The notes under the pieces: model-generated
Database searches by the model: none
What the model was told of the DNA's origin: nothing
Seen by the model: the letters and a program-made list of their open reading frames with translations, nothing else
Assembly (NCBI GenBank): GCA_950097015.1
Contig: CATNEN010000039.1
Coordinates: forward strand, 9,548,001 to 9,612,000
From: Macrostomum hystrix
Taxonomy: Eukaryota > Animalia > Platyhelminthes
Length of the DNA stretch: 64,000 nucleotides
Reading direction: 5' to 3'
In this document: positions 1 through 11,560 of the stretch, piece by piece
Numbering within the stretch: the stretch's first letter is position 1
How the letters are laid out: every line of letters starts with the position of its first letter
Program-made: the position numbers and the translations under genes

Positions 1-261
1 GTGCCTATGTCCGTGTCGACCTTCATTCGACTTCTGAAGCGAGGCCTGTCATTTTGCGGCTTCAATGCGAGCGGCTTCTCAGGCCACAGTCTTCGCCGAG
101 GCGGAGCCAGCGCTGCCTTCGCGTGCGGCCTCTCCTTGGCCGACATTCGCTGCCTCGGCGACTGGCAATCGGACTGCGTCTTCCGATACTTCTCAGACGA
201 CGCCTTGTTTGCACGCAGAAGTCGAGCGTCCAGGCAGCTGGTCAACTGTCTCGCATTGTGA
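1..261 (+). mobile_element. C-terminal tyrosine recombinase (phage-integrase family) ORF of a DIRS/Ngaro-type YR retrotransposon, truncated by the window start
   Basis: Translation FSGHSLRRGGASAAFACGLSLADIRCLGDWQSDCVFRY contains the H-x-x-R box, the LGDW motif and the catalytic Tyr typical of YR-retroelement recombinases. It is followed by a GC-rich, homopolymer-rich region to about 615, probably the terminal repeat. Confidence 0.85.
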
Positions 262-699
262 AGCTAACTGTCTGATTTTTCTGTGCTGCTTGGCTTTTGC
301 CTTTTTGCGGTTCATGCTGCCCCCCCCTTCTTTTTTTCTCCCCCCTTTTTTTTTCTTTCGGGGTTTGGGGTCGCTTTCCCCTCCTCGCGCTGCTTTGTGC
401 CACCGACGCTTTTCTGCTTCGCCTTCTTTTGCTGGGGTGGCGGGGTTAATGTCTCCATTACACGGCGGGCTCTTGTAAGGGCCTGTCGTGTAATGGGTGT
501 TATCCACCCACCCCCTTTTCTCTCGCTGCCTTCTCACCCACCCCTTGTGGGGGGGTTGGGGTTTTATATACCCGCGTGCCGTGCTTTGACTCGCGTGTCG
601 CATCGGCTCAATTTTTTTTTTCTTCTTTTTAAATTTTCCTTTAAAAATTGCCTTCCCAACGGATTATCCCAAATCAACCCCATTGAAATCGAATTGCAG

Positions 700-2284
700 C
701 ACCTGACCCTGACTCGCAGATTTGTGAACGCAATGAGCCGCTACAATATCTGCCAGGTCTCCTTCAGGGAGAGCTGCAAGGCCAAGATTGCGCGTCACTT
801 GGCACTTAGTAAGGCTGCAAATGAACGACTACTGAGATGCACAAGGATACATATCATTGCATCACTTTGCTTGTGCTTATACCCAGTTGTGCAGTCTGAC
901 GTCCTCAGAGAGTCGAGATTCATATTGCACCCAAAATAATTACTTGGCGAGGAAAGTGGTTAAATTTTAGCAAAGCCAATTCCTGTTTATCCTCGTGTTT
1001 AATAATAATAATATTGTGTCGCATTTTAAAGTACGCCGGCTTATTCGCAGTCCATGCCTTTCTCTGCTCCTCGTACACAATTTCGTTGGCTTGCTGGTTG
1101 CACCGGATTCTAAAATACCAAGAACTATCAAATCCGGTGCACCTTCACAGTCGAATGGGGGCAGTCGCTGCATGGTCTATGCCATTTAGTACAGTTTACA
1201 GATCAATAAGCTTTGTACTGTGTGGTCATTATGTCTGAAATCGGAAATACTATTTGAATAATCAGCTCATTCAACATTGTCCGAAATCTGGAATAAAAAT
1301 TGCTTATTAGCTCTTTTTCTCGAATTTTAATTGCATATCTCCTAATGAATTTTCTGTGCGAACTACTTACAGTAATCAACTGATTGAATTCGCTTTCAGC
1401 TGGCCGTCAGACCACCGACGTTGAGTTGGAGGACATGATCGAGTCGGGCAACCCGTCGATTTTCACGCAGGGTGTAAGACTCCGATATTCTCATGCCTTT
1501 AGTTCCAAAGGCTGTCTCTTGATTCCCTTGCCTAATTCTTATGATGCACCTTAAAAAAATAATTTTCTTTTCAAAGCACAGATCGTCACAGACACCCAGC
1601 AGGCCAAGCAGTCGCTAGCCGACATCGAGGCCAGGCACGAGGACATCATGAAGCTGGAACGGAGCATCAAGGAGCTGCACGACATGTTCCTAGACATGGC
1701 CGTCCTGGTGGAGAGCCAGGTATAGTGATGGAGCTGCTATTAAAATAGTTCGTAGATACTTAAAAGTACTTTTGATACTTCTGATGGAATACTTCTGTTT
1801 GAGTACTTACTTGGAGGCTGTCCGTAGCGATAACTCGAGTCCAACAATTTAACAAACAGATCGACGCTTTTTTAAACCATATTCAGGGCGAAATGGTCGA
1901 TAGAATCGAATTCAACGTTCAAAAAGCGGTGGACTACATTGAGGCGGCCAAGGCTGACACAAAGAAGGCGGTTAAATATCAAAGCAAGGCTAGGAAGGTA
2001 AGCATGCAGCCCTGAGAGGAAAATAAATATGGCAATATATTTTCAAAAATCAACCGTATCTATTCATAGAAGCTAGGGAAGCACAGATAAAAGAAAATTG
2101 TATGCGCACATTCGTATCTAGGACAGGACTCCGAATACTTTAAACGCCATAAAACTTACATATTTCTCACTATAAACCAACAAATTGAATGTTTCAGAAG
2201 AAGATTATCCTTGTGGTCTGCCTTGTTGTTGTTTTGATCTGCGTCGTAGGTGGCATCATTGGCGGAGTTGTACCGAAGAAATGA
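700..2284 (+). CDS. STX1: Syntaxin-1-like t-SNARE, last five coding exons: 700-808, 1400-1473, 1582-1719, 1887-1997, 2198-2284 (5' exons lie upstream of the window)
   Basis: All junctions are GT-AG and phase-consistent. Spliced product: [16 protein letters not shown]...[136 protein letters not shown]. This is a Qa-SNARE motif plus a C-terminal TM anchor. Exon sizes 109/74/138/111 match the syntaxin-1 layout as I recall it. Confidence 0.95.
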
Positions 2285-4344
2285 ATATTCGGATTCTTAA
2301 CTGTTTCCCTTCATTGGTCTTTCCTTAATTCATTGGCCACAGAGTTTACTTTAATACAGTACAAAAAATGAACAGTCCTATTCTTTGTACTCCTAATTGC
2401 AGTTTTGATTGCTGAAAACGGTATGCATGATTTTTAGAAACCATTTGCATTATAAGCAATCTCGTCCTTTGGTATTTCGCGCTCATAACAGTAATTTTTA
2501 GCATTCGGAACCGATTTTTCTGCTTTATACAGCACACAACATCGACAACGCACATGCAAATTATAAATCTCGATTAATATTAAAATATAATTAAACGGCA
2601 AAAATATACGTAGCGATATGAAGTAAATGCATACGCTATACAAAGGCAACTTAACTAGATATATATATGTTACTTGAGTAGTCCTTGATGGCGTAGTGGT
2701 GATAATATTGCAAGGAAATTTTTTAAGCACTTTTATTTTTTTCCTCACAATTAGCAATAACAACTGAAGCGAATTGACATTGCGTCCATTTGGAATAGTT
2801 GAAATCTTATAGAGTTTATTTTTGCTGTGACATTCTCCCGTGCGTGACGATTATTTCATCAACTGATAAATAATATTTTACAGTATGTATTACACACAAA
2901 AAAATAAATTGTGACTTAGCATTAAATTTTATTAAAATTGCAAGCAATTAGTTAGTTTGGTTAAAACTACTTTTGTTTAACTGAAGAAGCCATGGCTAAC
3001 CGTGCATGAATTTTCAAATGTTTATCTCAGTTTTCGATAAGAAACATGATTTCATGTTTCTTGCGCAAGCAGCAAGCACGGATTTACAAAGATCAACCAA
3101 CAAAAAGTTTCGGATTGATTATGTTTATTATGAAATATAATACAACTATCAAAATATAAAGCGTGCTTTAAAGCGAGGTCTACTTCTAAGGGCATCCAAT
3201 GGGCAATGGCCAATGGGCAATGGGCAAGCCAATTAACTCATTTGGCTTGTCTTCTGCACTTTAACACATCTGTGCGCATCTTTTTGGCTTTCCATTTAGA
3301 TATACTTAGTTAGTAAATTAGGTTAATTATTTATTAAAGTAAATACTTCGTGGTTTGGGATTTGGGATATAAGTGCGATGAAATGAAAGGGATTGGCTAA
3401 TTATTACGCTTTATTAAACAACATTATGGTTTTTATGCAAAGAAGCAGAATTCATATTTTACTTACTTTATATGTATCGTAGTGTTCATTTATTTTTTAA
3501 AAGCACAGTAAAATTTTACAGTATTTGATGTATGAAATAAACAGTTTTTATTACTCATTATTCCTATTAATTTTAACCAATTGTTTTTATGACTAGGGTA
3601 TATATGGAGTTTTGATTAGACTTATTTAGTGTGCTAAAAGCCTTGCATTATTTAATTTTTCTGCACAGTCTATATTTTGTAAAATTGCAGTGACTTTACT
3701 TTATCACAGACGTATAAAGCTTAGGCAATATTTAGGTGATAATAAAACTCAATATAAAATAATTGCTTGAAGAAAGAACAACTGACAGTGTTCTATTTCA
3801 ATTTTTTTAAAAGAATGCTGTATAGAATTTTCAATTTAAATTAAAAATCAAACAATTAAAGATCGAATATTAATTCAACTAACAACCTAAAAAATAACTG
3901 CCTATCGTTTTACTGTGAAATTTCAAATCTAAATCTAAATACAACACCTTATTAATACCACAGTTCATTAAACCAAATTCATTGATTATACTCCACTAGA
4001 CTGTAAAATATTTTTCTAGTGGTCATTAGATATGTTTATAGTGAATAGTACAATTTAAACATCCTGGAGTTTCTGTTAATTTGCATTTATATATTTTTTA
4101 TAATTAATCACAGTTTGGAATCTATTCCTTCTTTAGTCTTTAGATATATTTTTTACTTGCATTCACAGTACTATTAAAAAAAATCTGTCTCCAACATGAC
4201 GTACCATATACCATGGCTTTTAAACGTCTTTTAAATATGAATATACAAATTTTATTTATAATTTTAAACATAAAAAAACAAATATTTTGATGTTGTCGCC
4301 CTTTATAAATGGGTTCTCGATTGATCTGACAATTCTCTTCTTGC

Positions 4345-4560
4345 TCTAAGTTTTCTGTGTTCGATTCCGCGATAAGGCCGCATTCATTTGCGGCGCAGTC
4401 GCAAACATAACGCTTGGATGACTTGTGCAATTTATGCCATTGAGTACCAACCTTCAAGCACACTTCCTGACGATGAGAAAGACAGTGCAAACCAAGTGTG
4501 TGAGTGTGCCTCTGCGTATTTTATCTGTGCGCGTGTGTGCTCAGGAGTCAGCGGAATGAG
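4345..4560 (+). mobile_element. tRNA-derived SINE, family A, partial diverged copy
   Basis: GTTCGATTCCGC B-box, then GGCCGCATT...GGCGCAGTCGC...GTGCTCAGGAGTCAGCGGAA, aligning by eye with the copy at 50128-50485. Confidence 0.7.
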
Positions 4561-4684
4561 GTAACGCTGGCTGAAGTCACATTTTTGCTGAAGTATCAAT
4601 AGCGCCTCTTATACCTCCGCTTGTTCCTCTAAGCCAATATCAACTAAATATAAGCTAATAAACCTCCATGGTACTATTTTTCAG

Positions 4685-5772
4685 TCGCAACAATTTCGTC
4701 ACCGAAGCAACATCCGGCGCCATCCGGTCCCAATATGGCAGCGGCAGGCTCATCAGTACGATGACCGCAGCCGCAGCAGACACCGTGGCAGCATTCGCCG
4801 GGTTGCATCGCCTTCGCCGCCTTTGGCTGAGTCAGAATTTTTACCTGCGGAGGTCAATGAGTTATCTTACCTGTCTTCGCAGCGTAGCCGCTCTTACTCA
4901 CCGCTGTCGTCTCCACCACCTAACAACGAATTTGGTGCTCATGACGCTCGACGCATGACAAATTTCTCTGATCACCAGTCTAACGAATCGAGACGATTGA
5001 ATCACGGATGGACGGGCCGAGTTAATCACGGTCCAGGTATCATAAAGCTAGTTTTTACAATTTATTTGCGTTTGCTATCGTACCCGACTTTTACTCGATC
5101 CAAAATTCGCAAAGGTGCTTAGTGAAAAATTCACGAAGTTCAGATACAAATGCAATCGTAAACATCATGCTCTATTATTTCTCAGAACTTTCAAGTCCCT
5201 TTACAAATTACTGACGCTAATTAAACCCAGGCTCGGCTCCGACATGGCCCACTAACTGGACTGAAAGATGCGACGAAAGCAACATAGAAGAACACGAACT
5301 AGACCCACTAGAAGAAGAAGAGGCCGATCAGGATGATGAAATTGAAGCAGACGCCACCGCAATGATCGGACCTGATTGGAGCTGCTTCTACAGTCCGCCA
5401 AAACGCGATTTTATCTACAAGTCTCTTTTGCGTAGATCCGCTGGCGTCTCTCTTGACGGTAGCTCTGTGGATAATGCCGCGCTAGCAGCTTCCTCCACGA
5501 AGCGGCCAAATACTTCAACGTCGAGCGCTGCTCCGTCCAGAATAGGCTGCTCCGCCTCGCGTACTGCGCCCGGCCGAGCGACGTTTCTAGCCAACCGACT
5601 CGGCTTCCTCCCGACGCCGCCTAACTCGTCCAACCATCTGTGCTCCTGCATCCGACGTCCAGCTACAGTGGACGCGGCCACACAAACTAGGCCAGAGTCT
5701 AGCAAACGGACCGGCAGATCCGATTATTGGAGAGTCGACTTGGAGAAAAGGAGGCGATTCTTTGAGGAATGA
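4685..5772 (+). CDS. Putative gene for an uncharacterised low-complexity/disordered protein; exons 4685-5036 and 5231-5772, 5' end unresolved
   Basis: An acceptor TTTTTCAG precedes 4685 and the frame is open (SQQFRHRSNIRR...HGP). The phase-1 donor G|GTATC joins CCCAG|GC and continues in frame (SAPTWPT...EEEEADQDDE...) into ORF 5362-5772. A GC-rich island in AT-rich DNA. No recognisable domain. Confidence 0.5.
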
Positions 5773-6494
5773 CACGCTCCATTTTTCGGACTTCGACTTT
5801 GCCGACATGCCTAATTCGTTTTCACAATTATGCAGACAGGCCATTGTTGTATTTCCAAACTGTTATTTCTGCTTTTTTCATTGTTTCTAACCGTAACCTT
5901 GCTTCTTGAGTTCTAATACACAGACTTATCAGTTAGTAACACAATTAATTAACATCCAGTTCCAGTCTCTGAGATTGAGCTTCCCAAACACCTGCTAATT
6001 AATATTTTCTGGATAAGTCTTCTTGGATTCAACTTCTTTTGCAACAGTCAAGTCGTTTCACTGTGTCTCATTGCTGCACCCGGTTTTGGGTCTGCAATGA
6101 GTAACATACCCATTCAACAAGTTAAGCTTGAATAGTGTCTTGGGGCAGATCACATTGTAGTTGCTTGTCCAGTTAAAGTAATAATTTCTTATTCAGTCTG
6201 AGAAATTATGACAGTACAATCAATATTTTTCTCATTCTACCTAAATAACTTACTGTTTTATCATGTTTATTTTAATCACGTAATGCACTAAATAGTCATC
6301 CATCGCAGAATTGAATAGAAGCAACTACTAATGGACTACTAATATATATATATATATATTGAGGCATAGTTTGTTTGATACGATTTCCTCAAAACGCTAG
6401 TTATCATGCATTCTATGAGCGTAGTCTGAGTGCGTTAGATAATAGTTAGAATAATACTCGTAGGTTAGAAACATCAGTATGCTCCTCTCATATT

Positions 6495-8843
6495 CTACCA
6501 GAACTCGCACTTGTCATCAGGGTTCATGGGCTGCCGTGGCCGGCACTGAAACACCCGAGCGAATTGGGCGCTGTTCTCCATCATACCACGCACTCGCAGA
6601 TGCGGCGGGCTATGCTTGATGTTGGTGAAGCGTCGCTTCAGTGCATCCGGCTCGGCTTTCATGCACCAGGCCTGTGCCGCTTGCACAAAAAACAGACGCT
6701 CAGGCGTCAGCTCCGTCGGCAAATTGGGCAGTCGACGCTGGCGACCGGTTTTGCCTTGAAGCTGCATTGCACTGAATGCGGCGCTGAGCCCAAGGATATC
6801 TGCTATGTCATTTCCCAGGGTGGTGTTGGACCCGTGCGGCACGCCTGGTATGAGTTCGTAGGAGCCGTAGCGCGACCGTACGCACTCAGCGCGGCGGAGA
6901 TACTCATATGTCGTCCGATTGTCCCAGAAGTCACCGCGGATGCCCTCCTCGCTTAACCGGCGTCCCTTGATGTCAAAAGCGTGGCCCATTTCGTGACCGA
7001 CCACGAGGCCCAGGCCGCCTATGTTCATGTAATCTGGGTAGTCCCTGTGGTACATAGGAGGCGACAGGATGCCCATTGGAAAGACTATCTCATTGCGGCG
7101 CATGTAGTTATAGGCGTTAGTTGTCAAGCCACTCAATGCAAGGAAAGCGGTAGTTGCAGAGCTGTTTTCTGACAGTACGCTGAACTTCTTGCGGGCTGAT
7201 GCCGAGAGTGCTATAGAGAATAGCCTGCCGAAGTTCTTGTCCGCGGAAATCTTCGAGTAACTCCCGGATCGGAATGAGCTGATTGCTGGCGCATAATAAG
7301 CAGACAGCTGCTCCGCCGAGAGAACATCAAATCCAATGGCATGCTTAAGCGAAAACAGTTTTCTGATGATTAGCTCCTTCGTGCCCGGTTCTATCCATTC
7401 TTGAAGATTGACATTAATAAAAGTGGCATTCTGAAGCAATTCAATCAGACTTTGAACATGATCAAAGTTCTCAGCATGATAAGCTTTCTGGTACATCCGT
7501 TCAACAACAGGTGATAGCAAGTCCTTCGTCCACATGATGCACGCATCCACAGTCCCTCCGGCTGCCTTGTCGACTGCGTCTTTTCTCAGAGGAGACTCTA
7601 TCCACAGGCGCTCCAGGCGAATGGGCAGAAATCTCGCAAAGCTTAGTAGCCAGTCAACAATGAGGAAGCTCTGGTGGCTTGATAACTTTCTACTATCAGC
7701 ATATGTGGCCTTCTTCTTGAAATATGTGACAAAGTTGATCACCCTCACTGGATTCTGCAGCTCCACGAATGCATCTGGATCATAGTCCGCCTGTAGCAAT
7801 TCATCGAAGAACAGGCTCCAAGAGAATGGATCGCGTGGATTCGCGCACCGACTTAGCGCATTCAAATCTTTGATCTTGTGTTGCTGCCGCTTGGCAAGCT
7901 TGTTGCAACCCTCCGACCAGTTGGCGTACCTTTCCGACTGCTGAATCTCCTTAATAATTCGTTTGAAACTCGCACTTTTATTTACTATTGTAAGATAATC
8001 AGCGCTGTCCACGGTATCGAAGTAGGACAAGTAAGGCTCAAAGTTAGTCTTGGAGCTGTACTGCTGCGTATTAGCTGATATAACAACTCTGCTAGCCCGC
8101 TTTAGCTTGTTGGTATTACCTTTCTTCAGCTCGCGTATATACGCTGAGGGAACCCTTACGTCAAATATTGTGCTGACATCTGTGTTGACAATACGTGCCA
8201 GGATCGATTCTATTGTTAGATTAGACCGCTTTAGTCCAATGCCCTCTAGCAGGTGGTTAAGAAGGCTGGAGAAGAAACGCTTGCCTGCAACTGTGTCACT
8301 CTTTATAGTTCTGTAGCGCATCCATTTTGTACAGCTGCGAAACAGCATTCTTGTCAGATCATACAGGTCCCGGACCTCCGGATTCGAACTGTTGACAACC
8401 CAGTCGAGCATGAGAACCTCGAAGAGATTGCTGCGAAGTTGACTGCGCATAACCGAGTAGGAGTTCTGATAGAACGCGGGATCCGTACGCTTCAGCGACT
8501 TGAACACATCGTCAGGATTGTATTTGTAGTTCACTGGAAAATTTCCACATGCGTAGTTGTAAAAGTCAACACAGGGATCGGCGCTGATATTTAACTTGCT
8601 GGACACGGTTGCAGATAGAGCTACGCAAGCGGATGTTAGGCAGACGTTTGTGGAAGAATCTACCATTTGCGCCTCTTGACAGATTGCAGTCGATGGCCTC
8701 GAGCCACGCGAAGCAGGCTGCTTAATGGACAGCGCCGACGAAGCTTGTACAATAAAAGCCGAAGCGATCAGCAGAAGAAGCGACTGTCGTGACGCGATGC
8801 GCGGTTTCATTGTTGCTCTTCCTAAAAAGTCACGATTAAACAT
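6495..8843 (-). CDS. Intronless M13 family zinc metallopeptidase (neprilysin/endothelin-converting-enzyme-like)
   Basis: 782-aa ORF with an N-terminal hydrophobic signal/anchor, C-x-T-x-x-C...PCVDFYNYACG, NAYNY (NAFY-like), GLVVGHEMGHAFD (HExxH), TLGNDIAD (GENIAD position), HSPPHLRV and a terminal CEFW (CxxW). Confidence 0.95.
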   Translation of the reverse strand: MFNRDFLGRATMKPRIASRQSLLLLIASAFIVQASSALSIKQPASRGSRPSTAICQEAQMVDSSTNVCLTSACVALSATVSSKLNISADPCVDFYNYACGNFPVNYKYNPDDVFKSLKRTDPAFYQNSYSVMRSQLRSNLFEVLMLDWVVNSSNPEVRDLYDLTRMLFRSCTKWMRYRTIKSDTVAGKRFFSSLLNHLLEGIGLKRSNLTIESILARIVNTDVSTIFDVRVPSAYIRELKKGNTNKLKRASRVVISANTQQYSSKTNFEPYLSYFDTVDSADYLTIVNKSASFKRIIKEIQQSERYANWSEGCNKLAKRQQHKIKDLNALSRCANPRDPFSWSLFFDELLQADYDPDAFVELQNPVRVINFVTYFKKKATYADSRKLSSHQSFLIVDWLLSFARFLPIRLERLWIESPLRKDAVDKAAGGTVDACIMWTKDLLSPVVERMYQKAYHAENFDHVQSLIELLQNATFINVNLQEWIEPGTKELIIRKLFSLKHAIGFDVLSAEQLSAYYAPAISSFRSGSYSKISADKNFGRLFSIALSASARKKFSVLSENSSATTAFLALSGLTTNAYNYMRRNEIVFPMGILSPPMYHRDYPDYMNIGGLGLVVGHEMGHAFDIKGRRLSEEGIRGDFWDNRTTYEYLRRAECVRSRYGSYELIPGVPHGSNTTLGNDIADILGLSAAFSAMQLQGKTGRQRRLPNLPTELTPERLFFVQAAQAWCMKAEPDALKRRFTNIKHSPPHLRVRGMMENSAQFARVFQCRPRQPMNPDDKCEFW

Positions 8844-9749
8844 TTAAATGTGCTCTTTAACATCAGCAGTTCTCCGAATTGTTAATATTAAGAGACAAAA
8901 TTGATCAGTTTGTCAACCCAAAACATTACGTACTTACAGTAGCGAAGCCAGAAGAGCATAAACTGTAGCCAAAGTTCTACTGTCCAGGCCTAGGCTAGAG
9001 CGCTTAGGGTTAGGGTTAAGCTTAAATCTACATACGATCGCGCTGTGTGGTCATCAGATTAGCTTATAGTTGACCGAAACTGGTCTTAGCTGGCAAGAAG
9101 TCTGTTATAAAAATCCTGTCTTCCAGTTTAAACTTGACCTTGCCTTGATGTGGCCTACGATCGCACTGTTAGGCTAGGCAGAGCCAGTTATATTGCTTCC
9201 TCCGAAGAGTTTAACGCACATGTTTACTGTCGAATTGTCAAATTGCAATTGCCTGCTTATTAAACGACGAAGCTCGTTGGCAGGTAATTGAGACTCTGCA
9301 GGGAGGTGTCCCGGACTCTGGCAAGGCCAGCACCTCGGTCTTCAGCTTGTTGACGACTAGGCCGGCCTCTACTAGCGTGTCAATCTGGCGCTTAGTGCTC
9401 AGACTGTTCAGTTCAAGGTTCAGGATTGTGACTAAGTACGCTCGTACAGAGAACTCATGATCATAGATTTAGACGAGCTTTCGTCACTTGGATTAAAAAA
9501 TTCGAATGATATACACTACATGTACTCATGTGAAGCGGTCTTTGATAAGGAATCACATTCCTTAATTTTCAAAAAAGTTATAAAGTACTTGTATTTCTAT
9601 ATGCTATAAAAATCATAGCTTCTCAGCAAATTTTCCACTTTTCTGGTAAAGATACATCAATAAAAAAGTATAATTGATTATGCTTGCCATTAACAGGCCA
9701 GATGTGCAGCAGCCTCAGCTAGTGCGCGGCGCATCTGAAACTGCGTAGA

Positions 9750-9905
9750 GCTGGTCAGCTTAGGGGGGAAGCCAGACACATTCAATCACCCCAGCTAATT
9801 AACTTAACAACTAAAGCAGTGCAGAGCTGTTTCTTACTAAAGGATACAAATTGTTCCACAAATTGACCTTCAAGTGGTTGGTCCGACGCTCTAACCACTA
9901 GGCTA
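9750..9905 (-). mobile_element. tRNA-derived SINE, family B, partial
   Basis: Reverse strand reads TAGCCTAGTGGTTAGAGCGTC... (A-box-like), then ...GCTGGGGTGATTGA...CCCCCC, similar to 30890-31065. Confidence 0.5.
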
Positions 9906-10476
9906 AAACGCCTGTACGAGCTAGCATAGACAATAGACCAAAATTATACTAAATGGTGTTGCATTTCGAACAAACTGAGATCAAGACAATAATTTCTTTA
10001 CTAATTTTTTTTTCGTATCATCAAAATCAAAAAGTTTTTATTGGTAACGCTTTATCCAGCCCAAAGATGTCATAAAAAGTATATTTGGCAGAATTAATTC
10101 AGTTAATGAAAGAACGTAACAATTATTTGATGAGTTTCATACATTATTCTCACTCGTTATGAAAATGTGCCGCATCACAAGTACTTTGAAATACTTTTAT
10201 TTACACGTTAGAACTACGAACTAAAAAAGCTTTAAATCTACTGCCAGTCAAATAGAAACTTCAATACCCGTTTAAAGCAACACCAGCTCCCAGTTTCTCA
10301 AAATTAACCAGTTTTCTTCTAAATAAATCTCGTTAAAAAAACCGTAGCTTGATTTGACACTCATTAATTTTCTAATTGTATCCCAATTGCGATTGAAATT
10401 AAAAACAGGTACAAATACGAGTAGTTATCACCAGGTTTTGAAAGTCCGTTTCAATGCGATACATGAGCAACTGAAT

Positions 10477-11560
10477 TTATTGGAGTTTCGAAGCATCATC
10501 GTCGTCTTCGCCATCTTCGCCGTCATCGCCGCCGCCATCAGCGTCGGAGTCAGAAGAGGAGATTTCACCAATTACAGCGTCGGTGAGCCGGCGCCGCAGT
10601 CCCGCCAGTCGAGCATCGAACTCGGCCAAGACGGCCTCCGCCGATGCCAGCTGCTCGGAGCCGCGCCTACAGACCGCCTCGGCGTCGCAGGCGAAAGCAG
10701 CCGCGACCGCAGCGCTGAGGCCGGCGATGGCGGCGTCGGCGCGACTGCGCAGCCGATGCAAGCGTGCCAGAGAGTCTCTGGCGTCGGTTCGAGTCGCCGT
10801 TAGACGGTCAGAAACGACGTCGGGCCGGCTGGCAAGCGGCGCCGACTCCACTAGGGCGAGGCACTCGGATACGGATGACTCGGCCACTGCGGCCTCTTCA
10901 TCCAGCGCCTGCAGCAGAAGGTCCAGTAGGCCGGAGGCGGCGGACACGGCGGAGGCGCAGCCGAGCTTCACCTAAGCGTTTTAAAAGCGAATTTGAAAAG
11001 CAACGGAATTTTAACTCGAGGCATACTACTAACCACATAGCTTAGCATATAATATGCGAATCAAGGGGCCCCAGACTTTTTCAAAGGAACTTTTACTGCC
11101 GAAATTTGCGCAGTGGCACGCACAAAGACCCCTGGTAGTGCGGTCAAAACAACCAATCGGCCACATTAAGCTTTCGCATTTGTAAGGCTGCATGTGAATT
11201 GTTTGGCTAACTGTAAGTTCATGAAACCTCTGCAGGTTTTGACTCTTGAAATTGAACCACTTACAGGGAGAGCACAGTGGCCCTCTCAAATCACAGCCTT
11301 GCCTCACCTGAACAGGCACATCCGAACTTGCATCCCTCCACTCGCCTTGGTAACTGTTGGTAGCTGCAGCCACAGATGATGAGGCAGCACTAGCTAATCT
11401 AGTGGCTGAAGTCAATCTTATGCCTCCGCCATTATTGGAAGGTGAGCTGGCACCCTGCCTATGATCATGGTCACCAGAAATGGAGTGAAAGGCGCAGGGC
11501 AAGCAGGTTCCAACTGTGACAGTGCCAGTTGAAGTGACAGCTGCAACCAAGAATACTCGG
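10477..11560 (-). CDS. 3' exons (about 11560-11308 and 10971-10477) of a putative B-box-like plus coiled-coil protein with an acidic tail
   Basis: Phase-0 donor CAG|GTGAGG at 11308 joins acceptor TTAG|GTG at 10971 in frame. The first exon has TCLPCAFHSISGDHDH (CxxC...HxH, B-box-like). The second is an Ala/Leu-rich helical region ending DSDADGGGDDGEDGEDDDD. Upstream exons were not identified. Confidence 0.55.

Noticed and set aside
283-939. 218-aa ORF as a single gene
   Set aside because: Chance read-through of the transposon terminus and intron into syntaxin exon 700-808.
6564-8594. Plus-strand ORFs opposite the M13 gene, and similar antisense or alternate-frame ORFs over ERC and GPCR exons
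   Set aside because: Shadow ORFs of GC-rich coding sequence with no motifs.
9003-9018. TTAGGG telomere-like motif
   Set aside because: Only two full copies; compatible with chance.
9236-9442. Minus-strand open frame YLVTILNLELNSLSTKRQIDTLVEAG... as a possible exon
   Set aside because: No recognisable homology and no supported splice partner.
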